DNA of 64,000 nt. Source: Flavobacteriales bacterium (GTDB lineage Bacteria > Bacteroidota > Bacteroidia > UBA10329). The notes under the pieces were generated by a model. The model was not told the DNA's origin and did no database searches. It saw nothing but the letters and a program-made list of their open reading frames with translations. Positions 19,453 through 26,982 of the stretch are shown here, piece after piece (the first letter of the stretch is position 1; every line of letters starts with the position of its first letter). The position numbers were made by a program, and so were the translations under genes. Location: contig JAGYJL010000007.1 in NCBI GenBank assembly GCA_018402015.1, forward strand, positions 13,440 through 77,439, read 5' to 3'.

Positions 19453-20070
19453 TTATCTTTTCCGTTTAAGCATATTCACATTCCAGCCCAATCCGAATGA
19501 GATTCTGAATTCATCCAGTGCGTAGTTGGTGCCCCATTCGGTTGCGTGTTTGGCGTGTACATATTTCAAGTTGGCCATGAAGTGGATGTATCGCCACACG
19601 TAGAAATTGAACCCCGTGGCCACCGAAATGGCTGGTGATACTTTCATCACAGATTCTGCGTATGCCACAGGAACCTCAGCCGTTCCTTGGTTCGGATTCC
19701 GTGCCTGAATGAGACTCACACCCGGATGAAAGCCAATGTAAGGGTCGAAGCGCTTGTACGGCATATGGTACTGAGCCCCAAAGAACAGGCTATGGTTGTG
19801 CTTCAAATAACCATTGCCTTGCGTATCCAAGAAGTAAGAGATGTCGCCTTTCAGCGAAATTCTGTCTTCCAAGAAATACTCCATGTCGCCTTGCAGATAG
19901 AGGTTGGTTTTGCCATCTGCAATCGTCCAACCGGGCGATATGGTTCCTTGCGCGCGCACCAGACCTTTGCGGATAATGTCTTCGCCAGTCAGTTCTGGTC
20001 GGTTCTTTTTTTGCCCGAAGGCTATGCTTGACGACAGCGCAGAAACAATTAGAACCGTCATTGCGAGCAT
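19453..20070 (-). CDS. putative outer-membrane beta-barrel protein
   Basis: Start trimmed to MLAMTVLIVSALSSSIAFGQ (ATG 20068-20070; an alternative ATG is at 20061). The first ~30 codons of the track ORF translate a REP-like hairpin. Alternating beta-strand pattern. Confidence 0.5.
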   Translation of the reverse strand: MLAMTVLIVSALSSSIAFGQKKNRPELTGEDIIRKGLVRAQGTISPGWTIADGKTNLYLQGDMEYFLEDRISLKGDISYFLDTQGNGYLKHNHSLFFGAQYHMPYKRFDPYIGFHPGVSLIQARNPNQGTAEVPVAYAESVMKVSPAISVATGFNFYVWRYIHFMANLKYVHAKHATEWGTNYALDEFRISFGLGWNVNMLKRKR

Positions 20071-20130
20071 AGCGCGGCAATCTGCGTTCAGCATGAGATT
20101 ACTTCGGCCTTTTGGGCCTCGTAATGACGT
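20055..20130. repeat. REP-like palindromic intergenic element (GTCATTGCGAG...CTCGTAATGAC type)
   Basis: Outer arms CCGTCATTGCGAG / CTCGTAATGACGT. Inner hairpins AATCT...AGATT and GGCC-TTTT-GGGCC. Translation gives the SLRG..K....DC.A.LAMT pseudo-peptide typical of this Bacteroidetes repeat class. Confidence 0.6.
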
Positions 20131-20150
20131 GGTTTGGGGGAGAAGGGAGG

Positions 20151-20783
20151 TTACCATAGGTCAGCGATTTTATAGTTGATACCAAGGGTGAATAATAAGT
20201 GACCTTCGAGGCTGAGTCCACCGTGGTCGTGGATCTCGAAAACGCCTTCTTCTTCGTGCGCCTCTACGTGTCCGCCCAGGTGGAACATATACTGCGCTAC
20301 AAATGTGAGATCGAAGCGTTCGGTAATATTGAAGTGGTTCCCAACTCCGCACTGAATGGCCGAACTCCAACGTTCTTTCGAGTTTTCGGGGTTTGCGTTC
20401 TCAGAAACCTTGGTGTAATCGAAACAATGACCCATTACCAGATACGGTTTCATCAGTTTGGTGTATGTCTTGTCCTTCAGCGGATAGAACATCACCGACC
20501 AGCCAATGTGCGCATCCTGACGATTACCCGTGCTGCCTATTTGTGAGGTCATGTAATCGGCAAACCATTCGGTATTGATGCGGTCGTGAAACTGCAAGCG
20601 GAACTGCCCTCCGGCACCAACACTTGTTCCTTGCCAAGAACCATGGTTAAAGGTGCTGATGGTGGTTCTCATCCCAAGAGAGAACAAGCCACCGTGGTGG
20701 TTCTTCAGCTTCAATGTTTCTGTTTGCGAATGGGCGAGTGCCGGTAGCAAGGCCCACAGGAGAATTCCACTTTTCCGTAGCAT
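20151..20783 (-). CDS. putative outer-membrane beta-barrel protein
   Basis: Signal peptide MLRKSGILLWALLPALAHSQ. Alternating hydrophobic strands. C-terminal ...GINYKIADLW has an aromatic terminus. Confidence 0.55.
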   Translation of the reverse strand: MLRKSGILLWALLPALAHSQTETLKLKNHHGGLFSLGMRTTISTFNHGSWQGTSVGAGGQFRLQFHDRINTEWFADYMTSQIGSTGNRQDAHIGWSVMFYPLKDKTYTKLMKPYLVMGHCFDYTKVSENANPENSKERWSSAIQCGVGNHFNITERFDLTFVAQYMFHLGGHVEAHEEEGVFEIHDHGGLSLEGHLLFTLGINYKIADLW

Positions 20784-20941
20784 GGCGTTGAGGTGTTGGT
20801 TTGTTGCTTAAACCAGCCCGTGGCACCGGAAATTGTGGGTGTTAACGAATGTTAAAGACTTTGCAACGTGGCATGCTAGAGCCCGCGCAGAATAGGGTCG
20901 ATTCTAAACTTCAGACCCTCTTAGCACGTGTATAGAGCAGC

Positions 20942-22453
20942 TTATTCTCCCTGACCAAGCGAAAATCCTCTTACCCCATCAAAAGCATAGAGGTTTTCGG
21001 TTTTAATGATGTCGAATCCTGCTTGGTGAATGGCGTCCAACAGCTGCAATAACTGCGGCATACTCACTTGTGCATACTCAGGATTTTCATCCGTTGTAAG
21101 TGTTTCGCTCGACACGAATCGGCATCTCCAATGGTCGGTGCAGAAGGTCTCATCGTGCCCATTCGGATACACTTTTACGCCTCGGTTGGTTATCATCTTC
21201 AGCTTCATACCGGGTTTTTCGGCAGCATCTAGCATTTCGCCAAGTTGCTTCGCGTCAGTATGCGGCCAATCCAGAAACACATCTACTCCCAGCAAGGTCT
21301 TTTTCACTTCCTTTCGGGTAAAGGCAGGCAATGCTATTTTGCCGCTTCCTTCACTGAGAAAACTACTTGGTATACTTACTGGCCGCTTGCCTAAACGCTC
21401 AATAAGCGCATCTGCAAACTCGTTGGTTCCTACACGTTTCTTGCTGTGCTTCTCCGAGTAGATATCGGCCGTATGAAAACCATCCTCAATGGTTCGCAGC
21501 CAAGCATTCTTGATCTTATCTGCCGCTTCTGCTTCGCCAATATGCACCAACATCATTACTGCTGCGTTCAGCAGGCCAGAAGGATTGGCCATGTCTTTTC
21601 CTGCTATGTCAGGAGCTGAACCATGTATGGCTTCAAACATAGCCACGTTGGTGCCTATGTTGGCAGAACCTGCCATGCCTACCGAACCGGCCAATTCTGC
21701 GGCAATATCAGAGATAATGTCTCCGTAGAGGTTAGAGGTAACGATCACATCATAATCTTCGGGCCGAGTGGCCAATCGGGCAGAGGCAATGTCTATGATC
21801 TGCGTGTCCTGCTTAATGTCTGGGTATTCCGCACCTATTTCATCAAACACGCGGTGAAAGAGCCCATCGGTAAGCTTCATAATGTTGTCCTTCACCATGC
21901 AGGTTACCTTCTTCCGACCGTAAGCTCTGGCATATTCAAAAGCATAGCGCACAATTTTCTCGCAGCCGGGGCGCGTTATCAGCTTCAGGCACTGCACCAC
22001 ATCGGCCGTTTGCTGATGTTCTATTCCCGCATACAGGTCTTCCTCGTTCTCCCGAATGATCACCACATCCATCTTTGGAAAGTGTGTTTCTATATACGGA
22101 TGCAAGGCTTGCACTGGTCGCACGTTGGCAAACAACCCGAGGGTCTTGCGCATGGTCACGTTCAGACTTTTGTAGCCCTTGCCTTGTGGGGTGGTAATAG
22201 GCCCTTTGAGAAGTACCCGATGCCTGCCTATTGTTTCCCAAGCATGTTTGCCAATGCCCGAAGTTTCTCCAGATAGGTACTGTGCTTCGCCTACAGAAAT
22301 GGGTTCAAACGCAACATTGGCGCCCGCTGCATCTATAATCCGCAAGGTGGCGTCCATTATTTCCGGGCCAATTCCGTCTCCGTGAGCAACTGCTACGGTT
22401 GTTAGCCTGTTTGTTGGTTCTTTTTCTGTCGACATATTCTGAGCTGCTATCAT
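20942..22453 (-). CDS. icd: isocitrate dehydrogenase (isocitrate/isopropylmalate dehydrogenase family, long form with C-terminal extension)
   Basis: VAVAHGDGIGPEIMDA, SLNVTMRKTLGLFANVRP, NLYGDIISDIAAELAGSVGMAGSANIG and FEAIHGSAPDIAGK are ICDH/IMDH signatures. An alternative ATG is at 22435. Confidence 0.85.
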   Translation of the reverse strand: MIAAQNMSTEKEPTNRLTTVAVAHGDGIGPEIMDATLRIIDAAGANVAFEPISVGEAQYLSGETSGIGKHAWETIGRHRVLLKGPITTPQGKGYKSLNVTMRKTLGLFANVRPVQALHPYIETHFPKMDVVIIRENEEDLYAGIEHQQTADVVQCLKLITRPGCEKIVRYAFEYARAYGRKKVTCMVKDNIMKLTDGLFHRVFDEIGAEYPDIKQDTQIIDIASARLATRPEDYDVIVTSNLYGDIISDIAAELAGSVGMAGSANIGTNVAMFEAIHGSAPDIAGKDMANPSGLLNAAVMMLVHIGEAEAADKIKNAWLRTIEDGFHTADIYSEKHSKKRVGTNEFADALIERLGKRPVSIPSSFLSEGSGKIALPAFTRKEVKKTLLGVDVFLDWPHTDAKQLGEMLDAAEKPGMKLKMITNRGVKVYPNGHDETFCTDHWRCRFVSSETLTTDENPEYAQVSMPQLLQLLDAIHQAGFDIIKTENLYAFDGVRGFSLGQGE

Positions 22454-22573
22454 TCCCGCTTGTTTTTGAATGTGCCAAACCTATGCAGCTATAATCATAA
22501 TTAAAAGTAAATGTTTTATATATAGTACATAATCAATAGTTATGTATTGAAAGTGGGAATGGAACCAAATTCA

Positions 22574-22608
22574 AGACCCCGAGGCGTTACGACTTAACCT
22601 CGGGGTCT
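22574..22608 (-). terminator. stem-loop terminator candidate downstream of the FN3 gene
   Basis: AGACCCCGAGG / CCTCGGGGTCT forms an 11-bp perfect stem with a 13-nt loop. A second 7-bp hairpin (CGTTGGG...CCCAACG) lies at 22611-22634. The U-tract is weak. Confidence 0.5.
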
Positions 22609-22652
22609 AACGTTGGGCCATTGCTGACCCAACGGAATCACACAAACTGAAA

Positions 22653-23270
22653 TCAAGTGGCTGCGCTGGTGGCCTCTGTGCTCGGATTACTGGCACCTGC
22701 AGAGTTGGTGGCGTGCACACGGAACCTGTAAATGCGACCGCGCTCCAGCCCTTGGTGCAGGTAAATGTTCTTTCCTTGGGTTTTGATGTCTTTCCAATAG
22801 CCACCTTTCTCATCTTCTATGAACATTTCAAACACATACTGCTTCTTGTAATTGGTGCCGTTGCACTTCATGTACACCGAACCGTTATACATTCCCGGTT
22901 TGGCCATAAAACCAGTTGGCACATCGGGTACGGGCCATCTACTGCCATCACTCTTTGTTTCCATGCCTGCCAAGGCGGTCATTTCCGGATCGCCAAGGGT
23001 AACGGTCTGTACATAAAGTACCTGTAGATCCATGGAGTAAATAAGCTTCTTCAGGTCCTCGTCCCGTTTAAGGGTTCGGTCTTTTCCCCCTTCGCTGGCG
23101 GCTGCCTCCGATTGTTCCAAGGCATCGGCCTGTAAGGTAAGATCGGCCAGTGGCGGATTTGGATTGGGGAAGACAGCCGCATTCTCGGTCATCTTCTGTA
23201 CAACGAATCGTACTTTTTTAATTCTCTCCAGGACACTGAATTTGTCCCATTTCAAAACGACTTTACGCAT
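22653..23270 (-). CDS. orphan fibronectin type III domain protein (no signal peptide)
   Basis: 205 aa, ATG at 23268-23270. The C-terminal half ends in YRFRVHATNSAGASNPS, a typical FN3 F-G strand motif. The N-terminal ~90 aa are helical and unassigned. Confidence 0.6.
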   Translation of the reverse strand: MRKVVLKWDKFSVLERIKKVRFVVQKMTENAAVFPNPNPPLADLTLQADALEQSEAAASEGGKDRTLKRDEDLKKLIYSMDLQVLYVQTVTLGDPEMTALAGMETKSDGSRWPVPDVPTGFMAKPGMYNGSVYMKCNGTNYKKQYVFEMFIEDEKGGYWKDIKTQGKNIYLHQGLERGRIYRFRVHATNSAGASNPSTEATSAAT

Positions 23271-23496
23271 GATTTCTTCATCTTATGCGCTTTGCCCATG
23301 TTCAACTGAGCGCTACTATGTTGTCGTATACTTTGGGTCGGTGTTGAACCACCGCTGTGATTGCTTTAAAAACTTAGGGGGCGCGTAAAATATTGTATCC
23401 TGATGGTGAAAAAAGAGTCGAATTTTATCTAAATGATTGAAAATCAGTGAGAAAAAAATTCATACACCCGGCCAGAAAACCCCCAAAAAACGTTCT

Positions 23497-23727
23497 CGGT
23501 TACGGTTTTTCCCTTGCCCTTTTTCATTTTTCCATTCCCCGTTTTCATTTTTCTTAACACGGTTACGGTTTTTCTTAACCCCCTTTTTGTTTTTCCATTG
23601 CCCGTTTTCATTTTTCTTAACACCGTTACAGTCTTTCTTAACCCCCTTTTCATTTTTCCTTTAACGGTTTTCATTTTTCTTAACACGGTTACAGTTTTTC
23701 CTTTACCCTTTTTGGTTTTTCCCTTGC
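23497..23727. repeat. tandem array: 11 contiguous 21-bp units forming a 63-bp (A-B-C) super-repeat x3.7
   Basis: Units were read by hand: cggttacggtttttcccttgc, cctttttcatttttccattcc, ccgttttcatttttcttaaca and so on. Units 3 and 6 are identical and unit 9 differs by 1 nt. The + strand is pyrimidine-rich with two T-tracts per unit. Confidence 0.9.
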
Positions 23728-23744
23728 TCATTCGGTTTTGGAAG

Positions 23745-23835
23745 ATGAAAGAAAACGCCTCTTATGTGAAAAATGCGCCTCCTAACGTGAAAAAACATGC
23801 CTCCTGTGCAAAAAACCGCAGCCTCTGCCTCCTGT
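23745..23835. repeat. second short tandem family (about four 21-bp units, consensus GTGAAAAAnnGCCTCCTnn)
   Basis: atgaaagaaaacgcctcttat | gtgaaaaatgcgcctcctaac | gtgaaaaaacatgcctcctgt | gcaaaaaaccgcagcctctgcctcctgt. The last unit carries a 7-nt internal duplication. Confidence 0.7.
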
Positions 23836-24126
23836 ACGAAAGCCGCTCTTAGCAAAGGGCTGTTTTGGTTTTGGGTGTTGGAGGAGAGGCAAGGGGGTGT
23901 TGAAAATTGTTTAAAACGCGTTGTTGGAAGTTTGGGAGGGGTTTGGTAGTATTGGCTAAAGAAAACAGCAGCTAGGTGCAAAAGTTGATCATAGCACTGC
24001 TTTTGAGGGGGCTAACGATACTTTCTGTGCTCCGACAAAGCGGGCTATAGGTAACTGGGTATCTTTAGCCAGTAGTTGGGGGTAATAATAACAGAGCATC
24101 GTAAGAACGACAGATAAATAAACGAC

Positions 24127-25680
24127 ATGAGAAAGCTTGTTTTACTTCTCTTGGTTATTCTGGTTGCCAGTATGGCTAAGGCGCAACAACATTGGGGATT
24201 AGACAGTTGCTTTGGTACCGATGGAATAGTCATTACTGACCTAGGACAAAATCATGACTATGGTAATTCTGTTCATATTCAGGAAGACGGAAAAATCGTG
24301 GGTACTGGACAATCCAATAACGGAGGTCAATCGAGTTCTAGCTTTGCTCTAATCAGATATAATAGTGACGGCTCCCTTGACGAAAGTTTCGGGTCAAATG
24401 GATTTGTTTTGACACCAAATGGAGCTTCAGAGGCTTCTATACTGCAACCAGATCAAAAAATTATTCTGTCTGGATACCATGGTACCGACCTCCTTAGTAG
24501 TACGGCATTTGCTTTATTGAGATATAATGCAAATGGATCGTTAGACCCAAGCTTTGGCACAAATGGAAAAGTGGCAACGTCATTTGGTAATTTCATTCAT
24601 AGAGGAACCGGAGTGGTTGTTCAGCCAGATGGAAAAATTGTGCAAAGTGGCAGCCTAAGAAATGAAGTGACAAAATTCATTTTACTTCGGTTCGAAACGG
24701 ATGGCACGCCTGATTCCACATTCGGAGAGGATGGAAGAGTGACAATAGATGTTCCCGATTTTGGCGCAACTCATACGTTGGTTTGCCAAACGGATGGAAA
24801 ACTAATAGTAGGTGGTAGGTTACGTAATGGGTCCTCCATGGATTTTGTAATGATGCGTTATGATTCAAATGGAACAATCGACCCCACTTTCGGAACAAAT
24901 GGAGTGGTATTTACCGATGTGGGAGGACACAATGAAAGTGAGGCTTGTATCAAGCTATTGCCCAGCGGAAAAATCCTTCTAACAGGAAGAGTTGACCTTT
25001 CAGGTGAAACGCGCGATTTTTGGTTGCTTCGATACAACTCGGATGGAAGCTTGGACAACACCTTTGCAACCAACGGAATCGCTCGTACAGATCTTGGTCA
25101 TGATGACATCAGTATTCTCACAATCCCTCTTTCAAGCGGAAAGATTATTGTTGGTGGCTGGACATACCCAGATGCCACTGAAAAGAACATCGGTATTGTC
25201 CGATACAATGAGAACGGTTCTGTTGATTCGACTTTTGGAACGGATGGAATCATCATTACATCCGCGAGTGATAATCCTGATTACTGTTGGTGGGGAGCAG
25301 AACAGAACGATGGAAAGTTTGTCCTATTCGGAGCTACAGATGGGCTTCCAGCGCCTCCTTTTAATCGTAATTTTCTAATCCTAAGATATTCAACCGAAGG
25401 TTGCGGTATCAGCGGCATAGATAACCCAGTCAGCACAGAAGAACTATTTAAGTTTTACCCCAATCCAGCTTCTGAAAATTTACACATTGAATACAATCAG
25501 AAACTCACTCAAGGTTCCATATCACTGACAATCATTGACGCACTCGGACAAACCGTGTCTTCGCACCAACTTATCTCAAAGAAATCAACCCTTGACATTG
25601 GTGAACTGAAAAGTGGAATTTACCTTATATCTGTTACTGATGGTTCATATAGTTTGAGCCGAAGATTGGTAGTTGAATGA
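24127..25680 (+). CDS. delta-60-repeat beta-propeller protein with T9SS type A CTD
   Basis: Signal peptide. Repeated ...DGKI(V)...G......F.L(I/L)RYN.DGSLD.(S/T)FG.NG... about 8 times, which is the delta-60 repeat pattern. C-terminus FKFYPNPASENLHIEY...GIYLISVTDGSYSLSRRLVVE. Confidence 0.75.
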   Translation: MRKLVLLLLVILVASMAKAQQHWGLDSCFGTDGIVITDLGQNHDYGNSVHIQEDGKIVGTGQSNNGGQSSSSFALIRYNSDGSLDESFGSNGFVLTPNGASEASILQPDQKIILSGYHGTDLLSSTAFALLRYNANGSLDPSFGTNGKVATSFGNFIHRGTGVVVQPDGKIVQSGSLRNEVTKFILLRFETDGTPDSTFGEDGRVTIDVPDFGATHTLVCQTDGKLIVGGRLRNGSSMDFVMMRYDSNGTIDPTFGTNGVVFTDVGGHNESEACIKLLPSGKILLTGRVDLSGETRDFWLLRYNSDGSLDNTFATNGIARTDLGHDDISILTIPLSSGKIIVGGWTYPDATEKNIGIVRYNENGSVDSTFGTDGIIITSASDNPDYCWWGAEQNDGKFVLFGATDGLPAPPFNRNFLILRYSTEGCGISGIDNPVSTEELFKFYPNPASENLHIEYNQKLTQGSISLTIIDALGQTVSSHQLISKKSTLDIGELKSGIYLISVTDGSYSLSRRLVVE

Positions 25681-25690
25681 AATTACTACC

Positions 25691-25815
25691 CCCAACATCA
25701 ACTATAAAAATAGGGCGCGAAGTGTTTGCCGCAAGTTCATCACGGTTAGCAGTTTTCGGTTTCGGGCGAAAGGTCGAAGATGTTAAAGCCCTATTTTCAT
25801 AGCAGTAACCGTTGG
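25691..25815 (+). repeat. structured intergenic repeat, copy 1 (immediately after a T9SS-cargo stop codon)
   Basis: It shares a 5' module (CCCAACATCAACTATAAAAATAGGGC) and a 52-nt 3' module (GGGCGAAAGGTCGAAG...TTAAAGCCCTATTTTCATAGCAGTAACCGTTGG) with 26779-26920. AAAATAGGGC (25707-25716) is complementary to GCCCTATTTT (25788-25797). Confidence 0.6.
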
Positions 25816-25830
25816 GATTAATTCAAAAAA

Positions 25831-26777
25831 ATGGGACGACACGCATTCATACTGACATTTTTTGTTTGTCCGCTCCTGTCTTTCGGTCAGGACATAAAAG
25901 GAGGTGAAATGTCTTACAGCTTAGTTTCAGGACTGACCTGCTCATTTGACGTCTTACTCTATTCGCAGACAAGTTTGGGAATATCGCATGACACAATCAT
26001 GTTCCATGCAGGGACGGAACGGTTGGATACGCTTTTGGGTGTTTCAACCGACCTTCCGAATGATGTAACTGAATGGCAATACACCACGACACATACTTAT
26101 GCCTCAGCTTCCACCTACGTGGCAACGGTAAGCGACAGTTTTAGAGTTGGTGGCATTCTGGCACGCTAACTCAGTTTCAGAGCCAATTCATTTACAACAA
26201 GAGTGTGACATTAGTCCGTTTATAGAACCAATACATCACTAGTAAACAAAACACACAAACTGGACAGTTATGCGGACGGCTCGTATTACTACCATGACCC
26301 GATGGTAAGCGATTTGGAAGGTGATAGTTTGGGTTTCAGTTTGGTTTCTTCGTCATCTGGCATTTATACCATGCCGACATATTCCATCGACCCGATTACT
26401 GGTGTGGTTCAGGTTCTTGCTCTACAGCAGGGCTTATTAGCTATCAATCTTGAGGTTCAAGAATACCGTAACGGAACTCCAATTGGTCGTTCTTAATGGG
26501 AAATGCTGCTTGACAGCCAAGAACTGGGGCTGACATCAACGACAACGAGACAACAAGGGTTGGAATTTATCCAAACCCAGTACAAAATGACCTGACCATT
26601 GAATTGCAGGACTTCAACTCTGACAGTTCATCATTCGTGACATCCTTGGAAAGCAAATACTTACAGGCTCGTTGAATTCAAAACAACTTGTGGACATCAG
26701 CTCATTATCTGACGGCACTTACTTCCTGACAGTCTTGCTACGAACATGACACGTACACGAAAAATAATAAAGAACTA
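25831..26777 (+). pseudogene. decayed T9SS cargo gene (GGE.sY / D.(E/D)GDSL..SL family with type A CTD)
   Basis: The N-terminal ORF (signal peptide + GGEMSY...) stops at 26167. Homologous reading continues in other frames: ANSVSEPIHL.., HDPMVSDLEGDSLGFSLV.., VGIYPNPVQNDLTIEL.., IRDILGKQILTGSLNSKQLVDISSLSDGTYFLTV.., TRKIIKN*. At least 5 frame disruptions or stops. Confidence 0.65.
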
Positions 26778-26778
26778 A

Positions 26779-26920
26779 CCTCAACATTCGCTATCAAAAT
26801 AGGGCATGACGACAGGTACGCAAGCTTAGTGCTTTCTACCAAGTTCGATCCCGATAGCTATCGGGACGGGCGAAAGGTCGAAGGAATTAAAGCCCTATTT
26901 TTCATAGCAGTAACCGTTGG
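26779..26920 (+). repeat. structured intergenic repeat, copy 2
   Basis: Same 5' and 3' modules as copy 1 (about 48/52 identity in the 3' module). Long-range complement AAAATAGGGC (26796-26805) / GCCCTATTTT (26892-26901). The variable core contains the perfect 18-nt palindrome TCCCGATAGCTATCGGGA (26849-26866). Confidence 0.6.
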
Positions 26921-26982
26921 CAAGTTTATGCTGAGTCAAGTACCCAATTTCCACAGTTATAAAACCTTGAGGGTAATTGAAA

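Noticed and set aside
21623-22276. 217-aa + strand ORF
   Set aside because: It lies entirely antisense within the well-supported icd gene. It is a shadow ORF with no recognisable motifs.
23497-23835. CRISPR array interpretation of the 21-bp repeats
   Set aside because: The units are contiguous with no unique spacers. The period is 21 bp (63-bp super-repeat), there is no repeat-spacer alternation, and no cas genes are in the window.
23853-23960. G-quadruplex in the G/T-rich stretch after the arrays
   Set aside because: G-runs are present (GGG, GGGGG, GGGG), but the intervening loops are 13-36 nt, too long for a canonical intramolecular G4.
23271-24126. Iteron-type replication origin or oriC
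   Set aside because: I saw no DnaA-box-like 9-mers (TTATCCACA or its complement) in the region and no rep or dnaA gene nearby. The phased repeats alone cannot support an origin call.
26840-26870. tRNA-like T-arm (…AAGTTCGATCCCGAT…)
   Set aside because: Only a GTTCGATCC-like string is present. No acceptor, D or anticodon arms can be drawn. The sequence is part of the 18-nt palindrome inside repeat copy 2.
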